A stretch of DNA of 64,000 nt from Candidatus Dojkabacteria bacterium (GTDB taxonomy: Bacteria; Patescibacteriota; Dojkabacteria; J137): NCBI GenBank assembly GCA_030834985.1, contig JAUQWV010000003.1:143387-207386 (forward strand), given 5' to 3'. Position numbers and translations under genes: made by a program. Under the pieces are notes generated by a model. That model worked only from the letters and a program-made list of their open reading frames with translations. It had not been told where the DNA came from and ran no database searches. Below are positions 1-10,159 of this stretch, one piece after another (position 1 is the first letter of the stretch; each line of letters begins with the position of its first letter).

Positions 1-20
1 CTGCACAAAGATTACGGCTT

Positions 21-2267
21 TTAGAAATAGATCTCTAAAGTTTCTAATGCTTTGTTTAAGTAACTGAAGTTTTTAATATATACTTTTGCACTATCTACTA
101 TTTGTTTGTAAAGCTCTTTGTTACTAAGCAGATTTTCGACTGCAGTAGTAATATTTTCAACGGAGTTATCCTTAATTTTAAATACTTCCTTGTTGAGTTC
201 TTCAAAAGCCTTAATATCTGTAACGATTGTAGGCTTTAAAGAAGCCAATGTTTTTTCTATAGCTGCACTCGCAGATTCTCCAGCTGTATCTACATAAGCC
301 AGTACATTAATATCACCACATTGCAGAATAATTTCGATAACCTTTTTATCTAAGAACTCATCAACCAGCACTGCATTACTTTGTAACTTCAGATTTTGAA
401 TCTGCTCCTGCAGCTGCTTATATAGCGCAGAGGCCCAAATATTATTCGGAGAAACTGCATTTAAGCCTAAAAATAATATATTTGGATATCGATCTTTTAA
501 CATTGCAACTGCGGAAATAACATTATCTACTCCTTTATTTGTATTTAATAGTCCGTGAGTGGCAATAATTGGATAGTAGTTTTCTAATCCTAACGTAGCT
601 TTTAAATTAGCTCTGTTTCTATTTTTGTAGCTTATTCTTGGGATACGCATTAAAACAACATTATTTAAAGTTTTAGCTGCATAATCTAAATCTGCCTGAT
701 TATGGAAAATTACTTTTTGTACTAATTTTAGATTAGGACAGTCTTTAATAACATCTAACTCTTTATTATTAGTTACAGAGTGTAAAGTTATAAAAGTCTT
801 AATCGATAAATTTTTTATATTTTCAAGTAAAGTATTCAAGCTTGAAGGCGCAAACTCGCCTGTATGATATTGAATATGAAAGATTTCAATCTTGTTTTCA
901 CTCAAGAATTCAACTAGTTGTGTAAAGTCAGTATCTCCAGTAGACCAATTTCTAACAACATTTGTACTATCTAGTTCTGTACGATCTGCTATATCTTGAT
1001 TAGCAAGGTAATAGAAGTTATTAAAAGATTTCTCTATATTTTTATATAGCTCTTTTGAGTAAGAACTTATTCCAGTCTGATCGTTTAAAAAGGTAAGTGT
1101 TGCAAAATTTTTATCTTTAAAAGCTACGCTCTTTTGTATTGAGTTTAAAAATTCAACACTTTCTTTTGCAGAAGCTTCCCACCTTATAGAATCTGCTGTT
1201 TCTTTTGCATTTTTCACCTTTTGATTTAATTCTTCTAGCTCCGGTAAGTTTTCTGCTCCTTCTATTCTTAGGTTATAGACTTTCTTCATTAAGACTTTTA
1301 ATTGATCAAAGTCAGGTTCAGCCCAATATGAATTTAAATTTACAATTTCATTTTTGCTTGCCAGCTCTAGTTTATAATCTAGTAAATATGCGTTCTCTTC
1401 TGAGCAAAAATCCATATGTCCACTGTAGCCTGTTACAATAACTGGAACCTCTAATTGCATAGCTTCTAAGATTGGAAGGCCAAAACCCTCTCCCCTTGTT
1501 GGATACACTGCACAATCACAACTGGATGTTAAGTTTGCAATTTCTGCTTCAGTTAGATTCGGATCTGGAATATGGACAACCTCTGGCGAGCTATCAGTTT
1601 TATTTTCTGCAAGTAGTTGCTCTACAACATTGTCTGGCCCGGGAAAACTTTTGATCACTAAAACACAGTTATCGTCCTTAGTAAATTCAGAAAAGTATGC
1701 TTTGATTAATAAATCTACACCTTTTCTTTGTTTAGCTGAACTTATATGTATAAATTTAAACTTTTTATTTGTATTCAACTTATATTCTGATGATTGTTCT
1801 TTTTTTAACTCTGGATCTAGAGCATTTGAAACAACCTTTATTGGAACTCTAACACCTGAATCAATTAAGACATCTCTAACAAAAGACGTTGTAGCCATTA
1901 CTCCATGAAGATTTTCATTTATTTCTTCAACCCAACTAGTTGGGTAAGTTACATCTTCCCAAGCGATGTACATTAATTTAACATCTGCATTTAAGTCTTT
2001 TAAGCCATGCAAACTTGTTAATGTTTTTGGGAAATTATTGTAAATAGCAATATCTGTTTTAGTAGGTGTAAGCTTTACAACTTCTGTCAGCTGCCGTTTT
2101 GAGATTTCATCTGCAGATGGCTGGTAATCAATTGCTTCAGGATCACAATACAAGAATGCTTTATATTCTGAATTTAGTGCGTTTATGGCTAAAGCAAGTT
2201 CACGATTAACTTTTGCCAAGCTATAGTTTGTAAAATATGGGCCAACTATTTGTATTGTTTTTTCCAT
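21..2267 (-). CDS. Glycosyltransferase with two tandem GT4 (GT-B) domains
   Basis: RKGVDLLIKAY and PTRGEGFGLPILEAM motifs in the N-half; second GT4-like unit (NKGVDNVISA...ESASAAIEKTLASLKPTIVTD) in the C-half. Confidence 0.85.
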   Translation of the reverse strand: MEKTIQIVGPYFTNYSLAKVNRELALAINALNSEYKAFLYCDPEAIDYQPSADEISKRQLTEVVKLTPTKTDIAIYNNFPKTLTSLHGLKDLNADVKLMYIAWEDVTYPTSWVEEINENLHGVMATTSFVRDVLIDSGVRVPIKVVSNALDPELKKEQSSEYKLNTNKKFKFIHISSAKQRKGVDLLIKAYFSEFTKDDNCVLVIKSFPGPDNVVEQLLAENKTDSSPEVVHIPDPNLTEAEIANLTSSCDCAVYPTRGEGFGLPILEAMQLEVPVIVTGYSGHMDFCSEENAYLLDYKLELASKNEIVNLNSYWAEPDFDQLKVLMKKVYNLRIEGAENLPELEELNQKVKNAKETADSIRWEASAKESVEFLNSIQKSVAFKDKNFATLTFLNDQTGISSYSKELYKNIEKSFNNFYYLANQDIADRTELDSTNVVRNWSTGDTDFTQLVEFLSENKIEIFHIQYHTGEFAPSSLNTLLENIKNLSIKTFITLHSVTNNKELDVIKDCPNLKLVQKVIFHNQADLDYAAKTLNNVVLMRIPRISYKNRNRANLKATLGLENYYPIIATHGLLNTNKGVDNVISAVAMLKDRYPNILFLGLNAVSPNNIWASALYKQLQEQIQNLKLQSNAVLVDEFLDKKVIEIILQCGDINVLAYVDTAGESASAAIEKTLASLKPTIVTDIKAFEELNKEVFKIKDNSVENITTAVENLLSNKELYKQIVDSAKVYIKNFSYLNKALETLEIYF

Positions 2268-2866
2268 TATTGTCTAACTAGGTCTTCGTAATTACCAATT
2301 AGCATTACATTATCCTGCATAAGAACATCTGTGATCATTTGATCTTTTCTTCGCTTTCTTAAGGCAAATTCATTTGGCTTTAGCACCATATAGTGGATTT
2401 CCCGGCCTTTGTTTGATTGCATCTTTTGAACAATAGACTCCAGTTCATCTAAGTCAACATCTCCAACAACTACTAAATCAATATGTTGTTCAATATTATT
2501 TGCACCTTTTGTATAAGTAGGAGTTAAAAACGCAAATTGAATCTCACCGATTTTTTTTGAATTAGTTATTATATCGCCGCCTAATCCATATACCTTATGG
2601 AACATTGACAACATATCGTTGTAGAAAGGATGCTCTATGTTTACTCTAAAATATTTTCTATTACCTTTACTTTCGCAAATAATAAATTTAGTTTCTTCTA
2701 ATCTATTAAGTTCTCTTCTAACAGCGTTTATTTCTTCCTCGAATTCTCTAACTGCACCCCTCAAATGAATTGTAGCTTCAGGGTTTAATGCAAAGTATCT
2801 GAGTGTTTTAATTCTAACTTTTGAGATGAATAAATGTTCTAAAGATTTGTATCCAGGATTGTTCAT
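2267..2866 (-). CDS. Winged-helix (ArsR-like) plus minimal nucleotidyltransferase-like domain protein
   Basis: N-terminal wHTH (INAVRRELNRLEE...GNRKYF); C-terminal IDLVVVGD motif; ATG at 2866 preferred over the track start at 2881; stop overlaps the GT start. Confidence 0.65.
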   Translation of the reverse strand: MNNPGYKSLEHLFISKVRIKTLRYFALNPEATIHLRGAVREFEEEINAVRRELNRLEETKFIICESKGNRKYFRVNIEHPFYNDMLSMFHKVYGLGGDIITNSKKIGEIQFAFLTPTYTKGANNIEQHIDLVVVGDVDLDELESIVQKMQSNKGREIHYMVLKPNEFALRKRRKDQMITDVLMQDNVMLIGNYEDLVRQ

Positions 2867-2882
2867 AAATATAAAAATCAAC

Positions 2883-2901
2883 TGTAGACTTGGGATCTAC
2901 A
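2883..2901. promoter_or_regulatory. Palindromic operator candidate TGTAGA-N7-TCTACA
   Basis: Perfect 6-bp arms between a minus-strand TATACT -10-like hexamer (2906-2911) and the wHTH gene start. Confidence 0.4.
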
Positions 2902-3045
2902 AAATAGTATAAATAAATTAAACAATATTCGGTGTAATTTAGTCAAGTGGAATTTTAAGATTTTCCATAATCAAAATTATTATACAGGAATTCCACCTGA
3001 ACTTTTAAGTTTTCTTTTTAAAATTCATTTAAAGTAAGAAACTTA

Positions 3046-3070
3046 AAGGCGGCGCTCCTAGCGCCGCCTT
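3046..3070 (-). terminator. Intrinsic terminator of recA
   Basis: AAGGCGGCGC-TCCTA-GCGCCGCCTT hairpin just downstream of the recA stop, followed by a T-rich tract on the minus strand. Confidence 0.8.
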
Positions 3071-3099
3071 ACTAAAACCTGTATTTTATAATTCAGCGA

Positions 3100-4125
3100 T
3101 TAAAGACCTGCCGCTTTTTTAACATCGTTCCACACCTCTTGCAAAAGTTTCTTGTCATTTTTTAACAGTTCTTTAATTCCCTCTTTGCCCTGTCCTAGGT
3201 TTTCACCATTACGTTTAAACCACGCACCAGACTTCTCTATTACATTGTATTTAACTGCAGCATCCACTAGGCTAGATATTTTATCAATACCTTCACCATA
3301 ACGAATTTCAAATTCAGCTTCTTTAAATGGCGGAGCTACCTTATTTTTTACTACCTTAACACGAACCAGATTCCCAACAACCTCTTCTCCTTTTGTAATT
3401 TTTTCTTTTGCTCTAATATCCATTCTTACAGAAGCATAAAACTTTAGTGCGTTACCTCCTGTAGTAGTTTCCGGGTTTCCAAACATTATTCCTATTTTCA
3501 TTCTTAATTGGTTTAAGAAGATTACAACTGTATTAGTTTTACTTGCAATACCTGTAATCTTTCTTAAAGCCTGACTCATAAGCCTTGCCTGCAAACCCAT
3601 GTGAGAATCCCCCATTTCACCGTCAATCTCTGCTTTGGGTGTTAAAGCTGCCACTGAATCGACAACTATTATGTCCAGCGCTCCTGATCTTAATAAAGTT
3701 TCTAAAATTTCTAAAGCCTGTTCACCATAATCTGGCTGAGAAACTAAAAGACTATCTGTTTGAATACCTATTTTTTTTGCATATTCAGGATCAAATGCAT
3801 GTTCAGCATCAATCAGAGCTGCAGTTCCACCTGCTTTTTGCGCTTCTGCAATAACATGCATTGCTAATGTTGTTTTACCGGATGACTCTGGACCAAAAAT
3901 TTCAATAATTCTCCCTTTTGGTACACCACCAACACCTAAAGCAATATCTAAGCCTATTGCACCAGTAGAAACTGAGTCATATTTCTTAACCTTCTCCTCT
4001 GCTAAGGTCATAATTGAGCCCTCACCAAATTGCTTAGTGATCTGTTGCATAGCCATTTTTATTGCATTGGATTTATTATCTGTTTGAGAAGTTTCTGTAA
4101 CCTCTTCTTTTTGTGCTTTTGCCAT
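3100..4125 (-). CDS. recA: Recombinase A
   Basis: GPESSGKTT Walker [33 protein letters not shown]. Confidence 0.99.
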   Translation of the reverse strand: MAKAQKEEVTETSQTDNKSNAIKMAMQQITKQFGEGSIMTLAEEKVKKYDSVSTGAIGLDIALGVGGVPKGRIIEIFGPESSGKTTLAMHVIAEAQKAGGTAALIDAEHAFDPEYAKKIGIQTDSLLVSQPDYGEQALEILETLLRSGALDIIVVDSVAALTPKAEIDGEMGDSHMGLQARLMSQALRKITGIASKTNTVVIFLNQLRMKIGIMFGNPETTTGGNALKFYASVRMDIRAKEKITKGEEVVGNLVRVKVVKNKVAPPFKEAEFEIRYGEGIDKISSLVDAAVKYNVIEKSGAWFKRNGENLGQGKEGIKELLKNDKKLLQEVWNDVKKAAGL

Positions 4126-4245
4126 AATATTAGTTTTAAAGTTAATTTAAGCAATTTTAATTGGATTAGGTTTACAAAATTCTTACAACCTTCCAATAAA
4201 TCAATAATAAGCTACAAATACGGGAGTGTCAAAAGGTATACGGGG

Positions 4246-4815
4246 TTATTGCCCATCTGCTAAGGAAAATATCATCTCAACCGATGATAAATGTTCTAGG
4301 ACTTCTAACTTAAAATCAAATTCTCTTTCAGAAAATTTATCAAGAGTTATTGTTTTTGGTCCAAAGGATTCTTCTCTTGTATACATAATCAAAGAGTCTT
4401 TTTCATCTTCTAAGTAAACTTTAATTTTTCCTTTAAGAGCTTCTGGAATATTAAAACTAGCTTTAGTTTTAATTTCAGTATTATTTGGATTGTAAATATT
4501 AAATAAGCTACCTGAGTAGGTCCCTTTTAATAAGTTAGATGCAGATAAATTAAAAGAAGCTTGTCCATCAATATTTTCTTCTCTTGAAATTTTAAATTTG
4601 GGATCTTGTTTAAAAGTATCGTTAACAACTAAAGGAAGTGCGGTATGCGCTTCAGTAGAGATTCCAGCAACTCCGCCAGAACTTATATTAGAACCATATT
4701 GCTCTACTATTGGATTAAGCATCGAAACACTAATAGCACTAACAAGGACTAAACCAATAATGCCCATAACTGCAAAACTGGCTTCTAATTTGTTAATAGG
4801 ATTTTTTATAGCCAT
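4246..4815 (-). CDS. Hypothetical membrane-anchored secreted protein
   Basis: 189-aa ORF, single N-terminal hydrophobic segment then a beta-rich domain. Confidence 0.6.
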   Translation of the reverse strand: MAIKNPINKLEASFAVMGIIGLVLVSAISVSMLNPIVEQYGSNISSGGVAGISTEAHTALPLVVNDTFKQDPKFKISREENIDGQASFNLSASNLLKGTYSGSLFNIYNPNNTEIKTKASFNIPEALKGKIKVYLEDEKDSLIMYTREESFGPKTITLDKFSEREFDFKLEVLEHLSSVEMIFSLADGQ

Positions 4816-4919
4816 ATACTACATACTAAAGAGTAAAAGCTAAATTGTAAAGCACAAGCATTTTTAAAAATTCAGGTATTGAATTAAAATGAATCAATAA
4901 GATTTTATTCAAAAGACTA

Positions 4920-5645
4920 ATGAGCAATTACGGAATAAAGCTTGAAGCTAATCCTAATAGAGAACTTATAAGCGAGCATAAAGGAGTTAAATATGCACGT
5001 TATCCTGTTGAAACTCCTATTGTTAATATTGGAGACGATCTATATAAATTTATTGAAGACTATGCCGCTCCATATTTTCAAGAAGGGGATTTTTTTTGTA
5101 TCTCTTCAAAGATCCTCAGTATTACTGAAAAATATGTTGTTCATAGATCTGAAATCGAAATTTCACCACTTGCCAGACTAATAGTTAAGTTTGTAAAAAA
5201 GTGGCCTAACGATTATGGATACTCTCTACCTGAAAAAATGCAAGTGGCAATAAATATAGTTGGATATCCGCGTATGATTCTTGCTTTAATAGGAGGTACC
5301 TTAATGAAATTTATAGGTAAGCCGGGATATTTCTACAGGATAGCAGGACACAATATAAATGCAATTGATGGCTTTATTCCGACAGCAATGAAACCTTTTA
5401 ATGAATATGCTTTTTTACCTCCAACAAATGCAGATGAGATAGCCAATAAGATCGAAGAAAAATTTAATGTTCCTACTGCGATTGTAGACGGTAATAACAT
5501 AGATAACAATATTATAGGATATGGCACTAAGTTAAGAGAAATGTTTAGTGTAGAGGACTTAATGCAAATATTAAAAGGAAATCCTCAAGGGCAAGATGAT
5601 GATGGAAACATAACACCAATGTTAATCGTTAGAAAGGTAGTGTAA
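4920..5645 (+). CDS. Coenzyme F420-0:L-glutamate ligase (CofE)-like family protein
   Basis: ISSKILSITE, AIDGF, IVDGNNI, GNPQGQ...TPMLIVR motifs typical of the F420-ligase-like family. Confidence 0.7.
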   Translation: MSNYGIKLEANPNRELISEHKGVKYARYPVETPIVNIGDDLYKFIEDYAAPYFQEGDFFCISSKILSITEKYVVHRSEIEISPLARLIVKFVKKWPNDYGYSLPEKMQVAINIVGYPRMILALIGGTLMKFIGKPGYFYRIAGHNINAIDGFIPTAMKPFNEYAFLPPTNADEIANKIEEKFNVPTAIVDGNNIDNNIIGYGTKLREMFSVEDLMQILKGNPQGQDDDGNITPMLIVRKVV

Positions 5646-5678
5646 AATACTTTTGAGTTATAAATTATTTATTATAGG

Positions 5679-6338
5679 GTGGTATACTCTCACGTGAAAA
5701 AATTATATAAAATTGCTCAAAAGCCTTTACTAATAAGCATTCTTACAATGAGTATGCTTTGTCCCATAGTAATTACAGCTCAAGACTTAACTACTCAATC
5801 AAAAGCTCCAGAAATCCAAGATGTTGACGGGTTAAGAACAGAGTTTAAACAATACACGCAGGACCCAGCTACAAAGAAAGTTAAATTTGAAATGGTTCTA
5901 AAATCTAATATAGACTCTGATAGAGTAAGAATTACTTGGACAACCACCGGACCAAATATATTTGAAAAACAAGGCAACTATGTAATTGAAGGAAATACAG
6001 CACGCGGAGATATATCAATTAGAAAAGGTCAAACATACGTAATTCCTATTGAAGTAACAATTTTAGGAGGCGGTGTAAATGAGCTTTTTGGAAGAGCTGA
6101 AGCATTCTTAGCTGAAAGTACCTATATCGCAACGGTTCGAAAAAACTATGCTACCAATAGCGAATCAGAAGTACTCCCTATTACAGATGAATACACTTCA
6201 ATAAAGACTAGAAACCTTATTATCACAATTGTTTTAATAATTATGGCTGTAGCAGCTTCTTTAGTTGCAATTTATTTAGGTTTAAAACAGTTCTTAAAAT
6301 GGTTAGATAAAGACGAGCGCGACCTGCCTGAATATTAA
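5679..6338 (+). CDS. Hypothetical surface protein, signal peptide plus C-terminal TM anchor
   Basis: Hydrophobic N-terminus, Ig-like beta region, C-terminal TM helix with a short charged tail. Confidence 0.6.
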   Translation: MVYSHVKKLYKIAQKPLLISILTMSMLCPIVITAQDLTTQSKAPEIQDVDGLRTEFKQYTQDPATKKVKFEMVLKSNIDSDRVRITWTTTGPNIFEKQGNYVIEGNTARGDISIRKGQTYVIPIEVTILGGGVNELFGRAEAFLAESTYIATVRKNYATNSESEVLPITDEYTSIKTRNLIITIVLIIMAVAASLVAIYLGLKQFLKWLDKDERDLPEY

Positions 6339-6361
6339 GTTAATGTGTTATCCTACTTGCT

Positions 6362-8041
6362 ATGGAATGGATTTTACCTGAGCAAAATAATGCTCCTTTA
6401 ATTGAATGGATTTTTTCGTCAAGAAACATTGATCCTAATAACTCTTCCTTTTTTAATCCTCAACTATCTGATTTACACTCTCCTTTGCTTTTAAGTGATG
6501 TAAAGAAAGTGGCGGTGATTATTAAAGAGTTTTTGGGAACTGATAGAAAGATATTTATACATGGTGATTTTGATGTAGATGGTATCACCGCCACTTCAAT
6601 CATGTGGCAGTTTCTATTCAGAGATCTAGGCCTTAATGCTCTGCCCTATATACCATCAAGATTTACAGAAGGTTACGGTTTAAGTGAAGAATCAATTAAT
6701 AGAATTATTGAAATGGGTGGTGAACTTATTATTACAGTGGACTGCGGAGTTAAAGACGCTTCACTAATAAAAGAGTTCAGCAATAAAATTAAATTTATAG
6801 TTACAGATCACCATACTCTATTATCGGATAAAGAGAAGGTTGAAGGTGGCAAACTGGCAGGCGAATATTTAATACCAGATAAAGCTTTAGCAGTTTGCCA
6901 CCCTAAACTCAATAATTATCCATTCAGTGAACTATGCGGTGCTGCTGTTTCTTGGAAAGTATGTTCTGCTGTTAATGAAATCCTTAAAAAAGATATCGAT
7001 ATGACAAAATATCTCGACCTAGTAGCGATAGGAACTGTTTGCGATATTATGCCTTTGATTGATGAAAATAGAACGTTAGTTAAATTAGGCTTAGAAAAAC
7101 TAAAGAGAACTTCTAATTTAGGAATTAGAAATATTTTTGACTATCTAAAGATACCATTAAACAGTATCGATACTTATCACCTGGGCTTTGTATTAGGACC
7201 AAGAATCAATGCTACAGGGCGCCTAGAAGACGCAATGGATGGAGTCAGACTACTTACGACTCAAGACCATAAAATGGCTTTAAAAATGGCTTTAAAACTC
7301 GATTCTTTAAATTCAGAGAGGCAACTTTTAACTCAAAAGTTTATTAAATTAGCCGAAGAACAAATTCAAAGTCAAATAAATGACAATCTTTTTTTTATTT
7401 ATGGAGAAGATTGGCCTGAAGGAATTATTGGCCTAATTGCGGGTAAAATTTGTGAAAAGTACCATAGACCAGTCATTGTAGGATCTTTAAAAGATGGTAA
7501 GATAAAAGCATCTGCACGTAGTATTGAAAGCTTTAACATCGCTCAAAATTTATCTGATCTATCTGCTCTGCTCTTATCACATGGCGGGCACACACAAGCA
7601 GCAGGCCTTAGCTTTGCTAAGGATAATCTAGAGAAATTTGTGCCCGCCATAAAAGACGCTGCAAACAGTACTATCAGCCAAGCAGATCTTATAAAAAAAC
7701 TTCGAATTGATGGGATAGCTAACCTTACAGATATCAATTTAGAGACCCATAATAAACTGTCATCACTCTCCCCTTTTGGGATGGCAAATAAAAAGCCCGT
7801 GGTAGCACTAAGGAATGTATCTGCCCATCAGCTAAGAGTATTCGGTAAAGAAAATAATCATATCAAGTTTATATTTAATACTGATAATGGTCCAACAGAA
7901 GCATTAGGTTTCTATAAAGCACAGGAGTTAGAAAATATCGGTATCGGAAACAAAGTAGATATAGCAGGAACAATAGAAAGAAACGATTGGAATGGCACAC
8001 AATCCACCTATATCAAGATTGATGATATTAAGCACAGCTAA
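6362..8041 (+). CDS. recJ: ssDNA-specific exonuclease RecJ
   Basis: GDFDVDGIT, TVDCG, TDHH (DHH), GPRINATGRL, GGHTQAAG motifs. Confidence 0.97.
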   Translation: MEWILPEQNNAPLIEWIFSSRNIDPNNSSFFNPQLSDLHSPLLLSDVKKVAVIIKEFLGTDRKIFIHGDFDVDGITATSIMWQFLFRDLGLNALPYIPSRFTEGYGLSEESINRIIEMGGELIITVDCGVKDASLIKEFSNKIKFIVTDHHTLLSDKEKVEGGKLAGEYLIPDKALAVCHPKLNNYPFSELCGAAVSWKVCSAVNEILKKDIDMTKYLDLVAIGTVCDIMPLIDENRTLVKLGLEKLKRTSNLGIRNIFDYLKIPLNSIDTYHLGFVLGPRINATGRLEDAMDGVRLLTTQDHKMALKMALKLDSLNSERQLLTQKFIKLAEEQIQSQINDNLFFIYGEDWPEGIIGLIAGKICEKYHRPVIVGSLKDGKIKASARSIESFNIAQNLSDLSALLLSHGGHTQAAGLSFAKDNLEKFVPAIKDAANSTISQADLIKKLRIDGIANLTDINLETHNKLSSLSPFGMANKKPVVALRNVSAHQLRVFGKENNHIKFIFNTDNGPTEALGFYKAQELENIGIGNKVDIAGTIERNDWNGTQSTYIKIDDIKHS

Positions 8042-8075
8042 GCCTCTACTCTATTTTTGTAGATAAATTAAGCAT

Positions 8076-8102
8076 AAAAAATCCCGACCTTACGGCCGGG
8101 AT
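8076..8102 (-). terminator. Intrinsic terminator of hup, between convergent recJ and hup
   Basis: Minus strand ATCCCGGCC-GTAA-GGTCGGGAT followed by a T run. Confidence 0.75.
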
Positions 8103-8124
8103 AAATGCTAAAAAAGATTTAGAC

Positions 8125-8400
8125 TTATCTTGAAACAACTTCTCTGAAGTGCTTTCCAGGTCTGAATCTTGGAACGTTCTTAGCCTTTACTCTTACAGGT
8201 TCTCCGGTTTTTGGATTTCTTTTAACACTTTCTTTTCTTCTTACGGATACGAAAGTACCGAAGTTTGTTAAAGTAACTGGCTTTCCGGATTTAACAGTTG
8301 AAACAACAGCATCAACGATTGCGTCTAATGCGCTGTTTACATCCTTCTTTGTTAAACCAGTCTTATTTGCAACGTATGCAATTAATTCTGCTTTATTCAT
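8125..8400 (-). CDS. hup: DNA-binding protein HU
   Basis: MNKAELI...FGTF...RNPKTGE...PRFRPGK. Confidence 0.97.
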   Translation of the reverse strand: MNKAELIAYVANKTGLTKKDVNSALDAIVDAVVSTVKSGKPVTLTNFGTFVSVRRKESVKRNPKTGEPVRVKAKNVPRFRPGKHFREVVSR

Positions 8401-8473
8401 AGAGAATGAATAAATAAATAAAATAATTATCCGTTAAGGATCTTAGCTTGTGACTTTTTTCAAAGTCAAGTTA

Positions 8474-8503
8474 AGTTTATGTTTTAGCAAGCCAAATTGT
8501 CAA
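8474..8503 (-). promoter_or_regulatory. Sigma70-type promoter for hup
   Basis: Minus strand TTGACA-N18-TAAACT. Confidence 0.55.
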
Positions 8504-8886
8504 TCACTCTACCCTGTAATGTTTTGATTTCACATACTCTATTCATCTATAAAAATTTTTAAGTAAAGTACTTTGTGTTAAACATTACCCTATAACCATA
8601 TGGCCCTATTCTTCTTTATAGATAAGGATTTGCACTTATTAATTATCAGCTGGCTTTAATGCCAGTTTTTGGAAACATAATCTTGAGTATAGAACAGCCA
8701 TATTTTAAATAGATAAAAATTAAAGGATTTATTTGCCAGCAAGCAAATTTTCAGTTCCTATTTCCTCTAAAATTTTTTGTAAGAACTTTGTAAGAAAAAT
8801 TCTTTAAAATTTTCCTGCGGAGCGTTTTCGTGTGAAAGTATACCTATATAGTATTTTTTAAGAAACAAACTAAAATAGAGGTAGTA

Positions 8887-9249
8887 TTATTCTATGGAGT
8901 TTTTAACAGCTTGAAAGGGTAGAGTAGCGCATTTTAATCTAGCCATAGTTAAAGGAATCCCAACGAGATTAATCTGAAAGTCTTCACTTAGATTTTTAAC
9001 TTCATCTAATGTTTTACCTTTTAATTCTTCAAGAAGTAAGGAAGCACTTCCAATTGCAATAGAACAGCCTTCGCCACTAAACGCCACATTCTTAATAATC
9101 TTGTCAGCAGATACTTCTAACCATATTTCAATTTCATCACCGCACGATAAATTAGAAACTTTAGCATTATGAGTAGCCTCAAAAGAAGGAGCACCAAAAT
9201 TTCTTGGTGAGTGGTAATGATCTAGTAATTGTTGTTGATACTCATTCAT
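8887..9249 (-). CDS. Fe-S cluster scaffold, IscU/SufU (NifU N-terminal) family
   Basis: LDHYHSPRNFG, NLSCGD, GCSIAIGSAS, RLKCA with three conserved Cys. Confidence 0.9.
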   Translation of the reverse strand: MNEYQQQLLDHYHSPRNFGAPSFEATHNAKVSNLSCGDEIEIWLEVSADKIIKNVAFSGEGCSIAIGSASLLLEELKGKTLDEVKNLSEDFQINLVGIPLTMARLKCATLPFQAVKNSIE

Positions 9250-9279
9250 ATATTCATTATTAACGAATGAATTTTAACA

Positions 9280-9909
9280 CTATAATTTATTTATTTCTTC
9301 GATCTCACCGCTAACAAGCGAAATACCTGCTGCCTTTAGATACTCCAAATACGTGTCTACAAATTTTTCTAAAGGTAAGCTTTCGTTATCGGTTTTATCC
9401 TGTAGATTCTGTAAAAGAAGATACCTTTTAAGTGATTCAGAAAGGAGCAGAGCAGTCACAATTTGTTCTAGAAGAACGAATTCATACTCTGGGAATTTTA
9501 AAGAAAAGTAGTTAACCAACTTTTCTTTTTCTAAATTTTTAGAAGTCTGCAGGATTATTACATAAGTTATAGGAATAGAGATAAACCATAAAGAAAGTAT
9601 CGTTAAAGCCCAGCTAATAGATGTAGTAGCAATTATAATAAAAAATACAAAAGAAAGCAGAGCGAATTCTATGGCAACTAAGTTTGTATAGTTGTTCATT
9701 CTAGATTTGTAGTAATTATGAACTTCGGGAATTAGAAGCTTTTTGGCTTTTGGAGGTTCTTCAAAGCTAAAAAGGAAGTATATTATTGACGCTAAAAAAG
9801 CCAAAAAGCTTACCAGATCAACAATCCAGCCTGCATCTGCTAAACTAAAAACTATAGCTAGAATAAAAGTGATAGCAAAAATAACAATGTAAAAACGAAA
9901 CCTTTCCAC
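9280..9909 (-). CDS. Hypothetical multi-pass membrane protein
   Basis: Four hydrophobic segments; GTG start. Confidence 0.6.
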   Translation of the reverse strand: MERFRFYIVIFAITFILAIVFSLADAGWIVDLVSFLAFLASIIYFLFSFEEPPKAKKLLIPEVHNYYKSRMNNYTNLVAIEFALLSFVFFIIIATTSISWALTILSLWFISIPITYVIILQTSKNLEKEKLVNYFSLKFPEYEFVLLEQIVTALLLSESLKRYLLLQNLQDKTDNESLPLEKFVDTYLEYLKAAGISLVSGEIEEINKL

Positions 9910-9951
9910 AAAAATTTTTTTAACTTATCTTCATTTTACTCGTACTTATCG

Positions 9952-9980
9952 TTGACAGCAAAATTTTCTTAATTTATTAT
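9952..9980 (+). promoter_or_regulatory. Sigma70-type promoter of the rpoB operon
   Basis: TTGACA-N17-TATTAT. Confidence 0.7.
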
Positions 9981-9995
9981 GATATTTACACTTTA

Positions 9996-10135
9996 CTTTT
10001 AGGGATATTTCGTGCTATAAATAGTCCACATTAAAAAAGTCCCTAAAAGCTATATATAGCAAATGCTAAAAAAGAAAATTATCTAAAGATTATAAAGAGT
10101 TAATACACACTCAATAGGGCGAGTGTGTCTTTTTA
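9996..10135 (+). promoter_or_regulatory. Structured rpoB leader with attenuator-like hairpin
   Basis: CTTTTAGGGA/TCCCTAAAAG stem (9996-10049) and ACACACTC-N8-GAGTGTGT followed by CTTTTT (10105-10134). Confidence 0.5.
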
Positions 10136-10159
10136 TTGCTTTTTAAGTTTTATTACAAT

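Noticed and set aside
8504-8886. About 380-bp ORF-free stretch between the hup promoter and iscU as a possible sRNA
   Set aside because: AT-rich, with no convincing stable structure, terminator or repeat seen
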